A stretch of 64,000 nt of DNA from Thermomicrobiales bacterium. Its GTDB lineage: Bacteria > Chloroflexota > Chloroflexia > Thermomicrobiales > UBA6265. Below, in pieces: positions 18,054-27,064 of the stretch. The notes under the pieces were generated by a model. That model did no database searches. It was not told the DNA's origin and was given only the letters and a program-made list of their open reading frames with translations. The translations under genes and the position numbers were made by a program. The stretch covers positions 66,415 to 130,414 of the forward strand of contig DASZAY010000021.1 of assembly GCA_035944555.1 (NCBI GenBank), given 5' to 3'. How positions within the stretch are numbered: position 1 is the stretch's first letter; each line of letters begins with the position of its first letter.

Positions 18054-19568
18054 TCAGGCGTCAGTCGTCTTCTCGATGATGGCCGGACCGGTCGGCTCCA
18101 TCCATTCGGTATGGAAGATCCCGTCCTGGTCGACCCGCCGGTAGGTGTGAGCACCGAAGTAGTCGCGCTGCCCCTGGACCAGGTTGGCGGGAAGGTTGGC
18201 GGTGCGGTAGGTGTCGATGTAGTCCAGCGCGGCGCTCAGCGCCGGGCACGGGATGCCGTACGCCCGGGCATTGACGACGGCACGTCGAAGAGCCGGGAGG
18301 GCGTCGTTGACGCTGTCCAGGATCCCCGGCGCGACCAGCAGGTTCTCCGGCTGGTTGGCCTGATCAGCGAACGCGTTGCGGATCGGGTCGAGCAGCTGAG
18401 CCCGGATGATGCATCCACCCTTCCAGATCCGGGCGATCTCGGACAGGTTCAGCCCCCAGTTGTAGGTGGTTGACGCCGCGCTCAGCATCGCCATCCCCTG
18501 CGCGTAGGACGAGACCTTGGCGACGTAGAGGGCATCCTCCAGCGTCTTCAGGAGTTCCTCACGCTTGTGGGCATCCATCACCTGCGGCGCCGCGTCCCGG
18601 TCATGCTCCGGTCCATGCAGCAGTTCGGAGGCGCGGACGCGCTCGGCCTTGCGCGACGACATCGAGCGGGCCATGACGGCCGCGTCGATCGTCGGGATCG
18701 GCGTGCCGAGATCCAGAGCGTTCTGGCTGGTCCAGCGGCCGGTCCCCTTCTGCTCGGCAGCATCGAGGATGACGTCAACGAGGGGCTTGCCGGTATCCGG
18801 ATCGACCTTCGCCAAAACCTTGGCCGTGATCTCGATCAGGAAGCTCTCGAGCTTGCCTTCGTTCCAGCCGGCGTAGATGTCGGCCATCTCAGCGGCGGTC
18901 AGGCCCATCGCCCGGCGCATGATGTCGTAGGTCTCGGCGATCAACTGCATGTCGCCGTACTCAATGCCGTTGTGGACCATCTTGACGTAGTGACCGGATC
19001 CACCCGGACCGATGTGGGTCACGCAGGCGCCCGCATCCGTCTTGGCGGCGATCGCCGTCAGCATCGGCTCGAGCTCGGCATACCCCTCCGCCGGGCCGCC
19101 GGGCATGAGGGACGGGCCCCAGAGCGCCCCTTCCTCGCCGCCAGACACACCCATGCCGATGAACCGGAAGCCCTTGGCCTCCAGCTCGGCGGCGCGCCGA
19201 TCGCTGTCGACGAACAGCGAGTTGCCGCCGTCGATGATGACGTCGCCCTGGTCGAGGTACGGCTCCAGCTCGGCGATGACGGCGTCGACCGGACCTCCGG
19301 CCTTGACCATGAGCAGGATGCGGCGGGGCGTCTGGAGCGAGGCGACGAATGAGGGGATGTCACGCTGCCCGGTCAGGTTGGGCTTGTCCGCGTGCATGGC
19401 GAGAAACTCGTCGGTCTTCGATGTCGTCCGGTTGTAGACCGAGACCGGGAATCCGTTGCGGACGATGTTGAGGGCGAGGTTCTCACCCATGACGCCGAGT
19501 CCGACGAGGCCGAGGTAGGCCAGGTCGCCCTGCGCGGTCGTGTTGGGCGCGTCCTGAGTCGCGGTCAT
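18054..19568 (-). CDS. gnd: NADP-dependent 6-phosphogluconate dehydrogenase (decarboxylating)
   Basis: Motifs GLVGLGVMGENLALN, GMGVSGGEEGA and GHYVKMVHNGIEYGDMQ. A GGGAGGA SD lies upstream. Confidence 0.95.
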   Translation of the reverse strand: MTATQDAPNTTAQGDLAYLGLVGLGVMGENLALNIVRNGFPVSVYNRTTSKTDEFLAMHADKPNLTGQRDIPSFVASLQTPRRILLMVKAGGPVDAVIAELEPYLDQGDVIIDGGNSLFVDSDRRAAELEAKGFRFIGMGVSGGEEGALWGPSLMPGGPAEGYAELEPMLTAIAAKTDAGACVTHIGPGGSGHYVKMVHNGIEYGDMQLIAETYDIMRRAMGLTAAEMADIYAGWNEGKLESFLIEITAKVLAKVDPDTGKPLVDVILDAAEQKGTGRWTSQNALDLGTPIPTIDAAVMARSMSSRKAERVRASELLHGPEHDRDAAPQVMDAHKREELLKTLEDALYVAKVSSYAQGMAMLSAASTTYNWGLNLSEIARIWKGGCIIRAQLLDPIRNAFADQANQPENLLVAPGILDSVNDALPALRRAVVNARAYGIPCPALSAALDYIDTYRTANLPANLVQGQRDYFGAHTYRRVDQDGIFHTEWMEPTGPAIIEKTTDA

Positions 19569-19586
19569 GCTTGTCCTCCCGGTCGG

Positions 19587-20723
19587 CTAAGCGACGGTGC
19601 CGGCCAGCTCGGCCCGCTTGCTCTCGACGCCCGCGATCAGGGAATCGAATGCCTTGGCGAAGGTGGCGATCCCCTCTTCCTCCAGCTGAGCCGTCGCGGC
19701 CTGCAGGTCGATGCCCAGCTCGGCCAGCTTCGCGATGGCGTCGCGCGCCTCAGTCACGCCGGTATCCACGGAGCGGGTGATCCGCCCGTGGTCGACGAAC
19801 GCCTCGATGGTCTTGCCCGGCATGGTGTTGACCGTGTTCGGACCGATCAGCGACTCGACGTAGAGGACATCACTGTAGTTCGGGTTCTTGGTCCCGGTGC
19901 TAGCCCAGAGCGGACGCTGGACATTGCCGCCCGCAGCCTTCAGCGGGGCGAAGCGCTCGCTCTCGAAGATCTCCAGGTACTTCTGGTAAGCGAGCTTGGC
20001 GTTGGCAACGGCGATCTTGCCCTGCAGCCCGCCTGCGACCTCGGCAACCTTCGCGTCGCCCGTCGCGATCTTCTCGTCGAGCAGCTTGTCAATCAGCGTG
20101 TCGACACGAGAGACAAAGAACGACGCGACGGAGGCCAGCGTCTCGATCGACTGCCCGGCGGCGTGACGCGCCTCGAGGGCCTCGACATGCGCTACGGCTA
20201 CCTCTGCGTACCGCTCGACCGAGAACAGCAGCGTCACGTTGATGCTGATGCCTTCGATCAGCGCCTGCTTGATGGCAGGGAGCCCCTCGGCGGTACCGGG
20301 GATCTTGACCATCAGGTTCGGCCGGTTGACGCTGGCCCACAGCCGGCGAGCCTCGTTCAGCGTACCTTCGGTGTCGCGGGCGAACTCGGGAGCGACCTCA
20401 ATGGAGACGTACCCGTCCTGCCCGCCACTCGCCTTGTACAGGTCGGCGAACAGATCACAGGCGTCCCGGATATCGTCGACCTCGACTGCCTCGAAGATCT
20501 CACCCGACGACTTGCCAGCGCGAAGCAGCTCGGCGACCTGGTCATCGTAGGCGTGGCCGGACGCGATGGCCTTCTCGAAGATGGACGGGTTGCTCGTGAC
20601 GCCCCGGATCCCATCCTGCTCGATCTGCTTCCGGAGGGCTCCGGTCTGGAGCATCGTCCGGCTGATGTCGTCGAGCCAGAGGCTCTGCTTCTGCTCGTCC
20701 CAGAGTTGCTGGATCTTGGTCAC
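19587..20723 (-). CDS. tal: Transaldolase (long type)
   Basis: Motifs VTSNPSIFEKA and MVKIPGT. I moved the start to GTG 20723 behind a GAGAGGAA SD; the track start is 20759. Confidence 0.9.
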   Translation of the reverse strand: MTKIQQLWDEQKQSLWLDDISRTMLQTGALRKQIEQDGIRGVTSNPSIFEKAIASGHAYDDQVAELLRAGKSSGEIFEAVEVDDIRDACDLFADLYKASGGQDGYVSIEVAPEFARDTEGTLNEARRLWASVNRPNLMVKIPGTAEGLPAIKQALIEGISINVTLLFSVERYAEVAVAHVEALEARHAAGQSIETLASVASFFVSRVDTLIDKLLDEKIATGDAKVAEVAGGLQGKIAVANAKLAYQKYLEIFESERFAPLKAAGGNVQRPLWASTGTKNPNYSDVLYVESLIGPNTVNTMPGKTIEAFVDHGRITRSVDTGVTEARDAIAKLAELGIDLQAATAQLEEEGIATFAKAFDSLIAGVESKRAELAGTVA

Positions 20724-20789
20724 TGGTCGTTCCTCTCGGGTGAGCCGGCAGGCAGCCACAGCAGCCCGCCGGCGTGAAGTGGTCGTGGA

Positions 20790-22916
20790 CTAGGAGTGAC
20801 CCTCGTTCGGCTGGATCGGACCGCTGGTCACGTCACCGCCCCACGTCTCGTCCACCTGGCGGGCGAGCTCGGCCTTGCCGAGGACGAACAGGGCGACCGC
20901 GGCGACATGCTCAGTCGTGAATCCGTAGGCCGCCAAGACCTCTTCGCCGGGGCCGGACGCGCCGAACGTGTCGACACCCACACAGGCGCCGTTGTCTCCG
21001 GCGTACTTCGCCCAGCCCAGGGTGGTCCCGGCCTCGACCGTCACGCGAGGCGTGCCCGGCGCACCGAGGACGCTGGTGCGATATTCCTTCGGCTGGGCCT
21101 CGAACAGCTCCCAGCTCGGGAGGCTGACGACACGGGCGGCAACACCATGCTCGGCGAGCAGGTCAGCGGCGGAGATCGCCAGCGACACTTCCGACCCCGT
21201 AGCGACGTAGACGACGTCGGGCTCTCCGTCGGTGTCCCGGAGGATGTAGCCACCCTGCGAAACATCGCCCTTGGCGCCCGACCGGTCCAGCACCGGCAGA
21301 TCCTGCCGGGACAGGACGAGTGCCGCCGTGGTCGGGGACTGAATGGCCAGCTTCCATGCCTCGACCGTTTCATTGCCATCGGCCGGCCGGAACACGGTCA
21401 GCTGCGGGATGGCACGGAGTGACATGGTCTGCTCGACCGGCTCATGTGTCGGCCCGTCGCCGCCGACCGCGATGGAGTCGTGCGTGAAGACCCACAGGCT
21501 CTTGTAGTGCGACAGGGCCGCCAGCCGGACGGACGGGCGCAGGTAATCGGCGAACACCAGGAACGTCGAGCCGTAGGGGATCGTGCCGCCGTGGGCTGCG
21601 AGGCCGTTGACGGCCGCCGCCATGCCGTGCTCGCGAACGCCCCAGTGGACGTTCTGGCCGGCGTAGGACCAGCCACCACCGGCTCCACCCTGCGTCTTGG
21701 AGGAATCGAAGCCCGCCGGGGCGAAATCACCCTTGCCCTTGATTACGGTATTGGTCGAGGAGTTCAGGTCGGCCGAGCCGCCGATCATCCAGCCGACCTT
21801 CTGGCCGATGGCGTCGAGGGTCTCGCCGGATGCCTTGCGGGTCGCGACCTTCTTGCCGGCCTCATAGCTCGGCAGGGCGCTATCCCAGCCCTCCGGCAGG
21901 CCGCCGGAGATCGCGAGCTTCAGTTCGCTGGCCAGTTCAGAAAACTCGGCAGCGTAGGCATCCCAGCGGCCCTGCCACTCCTGCTGAGCAGCGGCGCCGT
22001 CGCGAATGTGCTCCTCGGTCAGGGCCTTGACCTCCTCCGGTACGTAGAACGCCGGCTCGGTGGGCCAGCCAAGATGCTGCTTGGTCGCGATGGTCTCGTC
22101 GGGACCCAGCGGAGAGCCGTGGGCGCCGTAGGTGTTGGCCTTCTTCGGCGAGCCGAAGCCGATAATCGTCCGGGCCAGGATCAGGCTCGGCCGGCTGGTC
22201 TCCGCGCGGGAGGCTTCAATCGCCTGCCGGACCGAGTCCGGATCAAGGCCATCGGCCTCGACCGTGTGCCACCCCATCGCCGCGAACCGGGCGCCGACAT
22301 CCTCGCTGAGCGTGAAGTCGGTCGAGCCGGCAAGGCTGATGTGGTTCTGGTCGTAGAGGTAGATGAGCTTGCCGAGGCCCAGCTGGCCCGCAATCGCCGC
22401 TCCCTCGAACGCGACGCCTTCCATGACGTCACCGTCGGAGACGATGCCATAGGTGTAGTGATCGATGATCTCGTGGCCTGGCTTGTTGTACTTCGCCGCC
22501 AGGAACTGCTCCGCGAGCGCCAGACCGACCCCGTTGGCCAGGCCCTGCCCGAGCGGGCCCGTCGTCAGCTCAACCCCCGGGGTGATGCCCCGCTCGGGGT
22601 GCCCCGGCGTGATGCTGCCCATCTCGCGGAAGGCCTTGAGGTCGTCGATGGTGACGTCGTAGCCGAAAACATGGAGCAGCGAATAGAGCAGGGCCGACCC
22701 GTGCCCGGCCGAGAGGACGAAGCGGTCCCGGTCAAACCAGGCGGGATCCTTCGGGTTGTCCTTGAGATAGTCGTTCCAGACGACGTAGGCCATCGCGGCC
22801 GCACCCATCGGCAGACCCGGGTGACCGTTCTTTGCCTTCTCGACCGCGTCGACGGACAGCATCCGCAGCGCATTGATGGCGAGCGTTTCTGTCGTGTTCT
22901 CAACCGCCGTTGTCAA
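20790..22916 (-). CDS. tkt: Transketolase
   Basis: Motifs [19 protein letters not shown] and [22 protein letters not shown] start behind an AAGGA SD. Confidence 0.95.
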   Translation of the reverse strand: MTTAVENTTETLAINALRMLSVDAVEKAKNGHPGLPMGAAAMAYVVWNDYLKDNPKDPAWFDRDRFVLSAGHGSALLYSLLHVFGYDVTIDDLKAFREMGSITPGHPERGITPGVELTTGPLGQGLANGVGLALAEQFLAAKYNKPGHEIIDHYTYGIVSDGDVMEGVAFEGAAIAGQLGLGKLIYLYDQNHISLAGSTDFTLSEDVGARFAAMGWHTVEADGLDPDSVRQAIEASRAETSRPSLILARTIIGFGSPKKANTYGAHGSPLGPDETIATKQHLGWPTEPAFYVPEEVKALTEEHIRDGAAAQQEWQGRWDAYAAEFSELASELKLAISGGLPEGWDSALPSYEAGKKVATRKASGETLDAIGQKVGWMIGGSADLNSSTNTVIKGKGDFAPAGFDSSKTQGGAGGGWSYAGQNVHWGVREHGMAAAVNGLAAHGGTIPYGSTFLVFADYLRPSVRLAALSHYKSLWVFTHDSIAVGGDGPTHEPVEQTMSLRAIPQLTVFRPADGNETVEAWKLAIQSPTTAALVLSRQDLPVLDRSGAKGDVSQGGYILRDTDGEPDVVYVATGSEVSLAISAADLLAEHGVAARVVSLPSWELFEAQPKEYRTSVLGAPGTPRVTVEAGTTLGWAKYAGDNGACVGVDTFGASGPGEEVLAAYGFTTEHVAAVALFVLGKAELARQVDETWGGDVTSGPIQPNEGHS

Positions 22917-23212
22917 CCGTTCATCCTTTCATTCCGGGCAGCCGCGAGAGACTTCGGCTCGACCCGGCGGTGGCTTCTTCCCCACGGTGGGGGTTGTCGG
23001 CATGGGGTTCGCTTAGGGGTTCGGGGCGGAGCCGGGCTCCGGGTCAGCGTTTCGTGCCGGATGGCAAGCCACCCAGCCCGGCCGTGCTGGTGGGGTAGCC
23101 GCATGGTCACTGCCATGCCCAACGACCGGTTCTTCCCACAATTGTATAGGTATCGCTTCAGACGGGAGCATTCGTATCACGCCAGGGTCGGCGTCAAGAC
23201 TCCCTTGAAGGT

Positions 23213-24562
23213 TCAGCGCTGCGACGCGATGACGTCTTCGTCGGCCAGGGCGACCAAATCCGGCCGCTCAGCCAGCGACGTGGGATCGACGATCGCCCCC
23301 GACTCGTAAACGATGGAAGCGATTCCACTCTGCTGCCAGGCGAGTTCGCCAGCCAGACCAATTTCGATCGCACTCGACCCGCTAGCCATCAGCATCGCCG
23401 ACCCGGGATCAACGTCCGCCGCGTCCAGCGCCGCATCATCCTCCAGCGAGGTGATGACCCTGGTCATGCTTCCGCGGAGCAGGATCCTGGAGTCGTCACG
23501 CCCGACGATCGCCACCTCGTCGCCGCGGCCAACCTGAATCGCCACCTGGCTGTCACCCGTAGCGACGATGCGCAGCGCGCCGACTGAGGCCAGATCGATC
23601 GCGCTCCGCACTCCATCTCCGACCCGGACGCTGGTCAAACCCGGTACGACCACCTCGACGGACAACGGCGCGTCGGTCCTGACTGGCGTCGAGAGCAATG
23701 GGTCAAACACGACATGAAGTAGTCCATCGATGATGTCGACCGTGACATAGTCAATGAGATTGGAGTCCCCGCTGACCACAATGCGAGACCGGTCCCCCTG
23801 TCTGACGGACAGTTGATCGATCCCCTCGACCGAGACCTGGTCGAAGCGCGCATCATCGAGGACCCGGCTGGCAACGTTGCCCGAACCGCGCACCTGGAAC
23901 GCCTCGAGGCTCGCGGAACCGAGGGCGGACAGCACGATCAGGAGGGCAACGCCACCGAGCACGATGTTGGGCAGCGAGACGAGACGTGGCCGACGAGCCG
24001 GCGCGGCAGCTGCCGATCGGGGCGTACTGGCGACCGTGCTAGTTCCGGGACGAAGGAGTCCCGGCGGGCGGATGGCGACGCTGATCGCCACGGCCAGCCC
24101 CGACAACGCGAACGAACCGCACGCCAGCACGATCCCCAGCACTTCGTAGCGATACACCTGCGACAGGAAGGCAGCGCCCAGCAGTACCGACGCCATGGCA
24201 CCCAGCACGGCGCCCATCCATCGGCGATGTTGGAAGATTGCGGCACCGAACTGGGCCGCGATCAATGTTCCCCAGACGAAGGCGGGCCAGAACACTGGCC
24301 AGAAGTCACCTCCGACGAGGCGGCTCGAGAACGGACCGAACGAGGTACCAATCCCTACGACCGTGACCAGGAGCGTGCCCACGACCGCGACGTAGACGAC
24401 GAGGTGGATCCCGACAAGCACGAGATCCCGCAGTAGTGTCGAGCGACGCCGGGGTGGATGGCTGCCAAGGTCGTGCGGACCGTGACCAGCTGGCCCCGGA
24501 CCCGATCCCTCCGCCACATACCGCCCCGTCGCCGAATCGAACCGTGGTCCCTGGCTGCTCAC
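23213..24562 (-). CDS. Polytopic membrane protein with C-terminal DUF2807/GIN-like (putative adhesin-fold) domain
   Basis: The N-terminal half has about 5 TM segments. The C-terminal half is beta-rich with repetitive strands (VSVEGIDQLSVRQGDRSRIVVSGDSNLIDYVTVDI...). It shows a 4-nt overlap with the response regulator gene. Confidence 0.55.
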   Translation of the reverse strand: MSSQGPRFDSATGRYVAEGSGPGPAGHGPHDLGSHPPRRRSTLLRDLVLVGIHLVVYVAVVGTLLVTVVGIGTSFGPFSSRLVGGDFWPVFWPAFVWGTLIAAQFGAAIFQHRRWMGAVLGAMASVLLGAAFLSQVYRYEVLGIVLACGSFALSGLAVAISVAIRPPGLLRPGTSTVASTPRSAAAAPARRPRLVSLPNIVLGGVALLIVLSALGSASLEAFQVRGSGNVASRVLDDARFDQVSVEGIDQLSVRQGDRSRIVVSGDSNLIDYVTVDIIDGLLHVVFDPLLSTPVRTDAPLSVEVVVPGLTSVRVGDGVRSAIDLASVGALRIVATGDSQVAIQVGRGDEVAIVGRDDSRILLRGSMTRVITSLEDDAALDAADVDPGSAMLMASGSSAIEIGLAGELAWQQSGIASIVYESGAIVDPTSLAERPDLVALADEDVIASQR

Positions 24563-25314
24563 GAGGCGAATCGGTAGCCGACGCCCCAGACGGTCGCGAT
24601 CCGCTGCCCGGCCGGACCGAGCTTCTTGCGGAGGCGAACGACGTGGCTGTCGACGGTGCGATCGAAGACTTCGATCTCGTCCCCCCAGATGCGTTCGAGG
24701 AGATAGGCCCGGCTGAAGGCGCGGCCGGGATTGCTGGCGAGCATCGCCAGCAGATCAAACTCCCGCCGCGTGAGATCGACCGCCTTGCCTTCGACGAGCA
24801 CGGTCCGCCCGGACGGGTCGATCACCAGCTCGCCGTGGGTGATGACGGCGGCGCCGCCGTCCGAGGCTGTCACGCCGGGCGGGACGACGGAAGGGTCCGA
24901 CGCCGACGCCCGTACCTGCGCCGCACCCGGCGCGTTCACCGGAGCGGACATCGTCACGGCGCGGCGCAGGATGGCGCGGACCCGCGCCATGAGTTCCCGC
25001 ATCCCGAACGGCTTGGTGACGTAGTCATCGGCCCCGACTTCGAGCCCGACCACCCGGTCGATCTCCTCACCCCGGGCCGTCAGCATGATGATCGGCATCA
25101 GATGCGACTGACGGATGCGGCGACAGACCGTCAGTCCGTCCAATCCGGGCAGCATCCAGTCAAGGATGACGAGGTCGATCCGCTCCTCGGCGACCGCGAC
25201 GAGCGCCGCTGGCCCATCGAACGCCTGGCGGACGGAATACCCCTCCCCTTCCAAGTTGGTCCGGATGAGATTGCAGATGTCGACGTCGTCTTCGACCACC
25301 AGGATCCGAGTCAT
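24559..25314 (-). CDS. OmpR/PhoB-family response regulator
   Basis: Receiver domain (ILVVEDD..., DLVILDWMLPGLDG) and winged-helix C-terminus (VWGVGYRF). The inter-domain linker is unusually long and Ala/Pro/Ser-rich. Confidence 0.9.
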   Translation of the reverse strand: MTRILVVEDDVDICNLIRTNLEGEGYSVRQAFDGPAALVAVAEERIDLVILDWMLPGLDGLTVCRRIRQSHLMPIIMLTARGEEIDRVVGLEVGADDYVTKPFGMRELMARVRAILRRAVTMSAPVNAPGAAQVRASASDPSVVPPGVTASDGGAAVITHGELVIDPSGRTVLVEGKAVDLTRREFDLLAMLASNPGRAFSRAYLLERIWGDEIEVFDRTVDSHVVRLRKKLGPAGQRIATVWGVGYRFAS

Positions 25315-26852
25315 CGTGTGCGTTCTCCGGTATGGGTAGCGACAGGGACCCGTGGCGTGAGCCTGTCGGGTTTGGCGAGGATGGGATTGGCCCCGGCGAG
25401 GCGGACCACGAAGCGGCTTCCCTCGCCCAACTGGCTCTCGGCGGTGATGGTCCCACCCATCGCCGTGACGAGGTCGTGAACGATCGAGAGACCCAGCCCG
25501 AAGCCGCCGGACGACCGATTCCGGGATGCGTCGACGCGATAGAACCGGTCGAAGATCCGCTCAAGGTCCTCGGCGGCGATCCCAGCGCCCGTATCTGCGA
25601 CAACGATGGCCACACCGGGCTGACCGTCCGCGCCCGGCCCTGCATGCTCGACCGACATGGAGACGATCCCGCCGGCCGGGGTGTAAGTGATCGCATTGCG
25701 CACCAGGTTGAGCAGCACCTGGGCCAGACGATCCCGGTCGGCGAGGGCAAGCGGCAGCCCGTCCGGGATATCGGCGATGACGGTCACGCTTCGGTCCCGC
25801 CAGGCCAGCGGCGCCAGGGTCTCGTGAACCTCCCGGACGACATCAGCCACCTGGATCGGCCGGAGGACGAGGCTCAGTTCGCCTGCTTCCGACCGGGCCA
25901 GCGCGAGGAGATCGTCGACGAGGGCACCTAGCCGCTCGGTCTCTCGATGGATGATCGTCAGGTAGTTCGAGAATTGCGCCGCGTCGACGGACGCGCCATC
26001 CCCGTCCCGCTCCTCGGCCCGCTCTGCGGAGATCAGCAGCGACTCGACGTGTCCCCGGATGCTCGCAACCGGCGTCCTGAGTTCGTGCGACACGTTGACC
26101 ATCAGTTCACGACGACTCTGCTCGGCCTTCTCGGCGGAAATCCGGGCCCGGGCGGCTTCGGCCTGCGACGTCTCGACCTGGAGGACCGAATCGCTGGGAC
26201 CGAGCGTCAGCCGGGCGAACCGGCCATACAGGAACGCCAACCCGTTGAAGATATGCAGCGCCGGGACGATGAGCATCAGCCCGAAGAGGAACCTGGAGGC
26301 GTTCTCTAGCGGCGAGGGCTCACCGAACCGAGGGTCAACGAGGACTGCGACCGGATGGAGCAGCCTGAACCAGATGCCCTGGAGGATGAAGTCGATGAGA
26401 AATCCGGCGCCAACGCCAAGCGGCAGGCGCAGGACCAGGAAGAGCAGATTGGTCCATGTTACCGGGTCTCGGACGAACCGCCCGATCCGGGGCAGGAGGC
26501 GCATCCCCTGGCCGGACAATGGCGCGGGGATCGCCACGCCCACCCAGCGCCACGCGAGCTGTCGCTCGAACCCGTTGAACCGGCGGGCCAGCACCAGTCC
26601 GAGGATGAGCAGCGGGATGCCGATGAGCACCACGCTGAGCGCCAGGCCTCCGACGAGCAGAAACGCAAAGGCGATGAGGTAGACGATCCCGAGCGGGATG
26701 CCGAAGGTGAGATAGGCGATGTTGTAGACGGTCTGCAGGCGGAACGGCCCGACCAGCGCCCAGCGAGCAGCCCGCCGCCAGTCGCCGTTCCAGTCGTCCG
26801 TCACCTCGCGGAACAGTCGTGCTATCGGGATGGCGAGCGAACTCTGCCTCAC
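25311..26852 (-). CDS. Sensor histidine kinase with polytopic N-terminal sensor domain
   Basis: H-box VSHELRTPVASI and HATPase N/G boxes (LLNLVRNAITYT, DTGAGI, GGFGLGLSIV). GTG start without a clear SD. Confidence 0.85.
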   Translation of the reverse strand: MRQSSLAIPIARLFREVTDDWNGDWRRAARWALVGPFRLQTVYNIAYLTFGIPLGIVYLIAFAFLLVGGLALSVVLIGIPLLILGLVLARRFNGFERQLAWRWVGVAIPAPLSGQGMRLLPRIGRFVRDPVTWTNLLFLVLRLPLGVGAGFLIDFILQGIWFRLLHPVAVLVDPRFGEPSPLENASRFLFGLMLIVPALHIFNGLAFLYGRFARLTLGPSDSVLQVETSQAEAARARISAEKAEQSRRELMVNVSHELRTPVASIRGHVESLLISAERAEERDGDGASVDAAQFSNYLTIIHRETERLGALVDDLLALARSEAGELSLVLRPIQVADVVREVHETLAPLAWRDRSVTVIADIPDGLPLALADRDRLAQVLLNLVRNAITYTPAGGIVSMSVEHAGPGADGQPGVAIVVADTGAGIAAEDLERIFDRFYRVDASRNRSSGGFGLGLSIVHDLVTAMGGTITAESQLGEGSRFVVRLAGANPILAKPDRLTPRVPVATHTGERTR

Positions 26853-26990
26853 GTCCTGATCGTTGCCCTTTCCGCTGGACCGGCCAGCACCAGGATTGTC
26901 GCCGCCGTCTGTGACGCCGGGTACGCGGGAGTGTGAACAGGCTGTGTCTGACGTTCACCGCCAGCATAGGGCACTGGCACCGCCCATCTC

Positions 26991-27038
26991 CCGAAAAACC
27001 GACGACCCGGCCGGGCATACTGCCCGGCCGGGTCGTTG
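26991..27038 (-). terminator. Intrinsic terminator after the DEAD-box helicase gene
   Basis: A stem of about 16-17 bp (CGACGACCCGGCCGGGC/GCCCGGCCGGGTCGTTG) followed on the minus strand by GTTTTTTCGGG. Confidence 0.8.
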
Positions 27039-27064
27039 CTTCCTGGTCTGACCAGCTGGTTGAG

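Noticed and set aside
22917-23212. Promoter and operator calls upstream of tkt: TTGACG...TACGAA, TACAAT, and the ACAATTGT palindrome at 23148-23155.
   Set aside because: The hexamer spacings are off (15 nt, or no -35). I could not choose between alternatives, so they are left unannotated pending TSS data.
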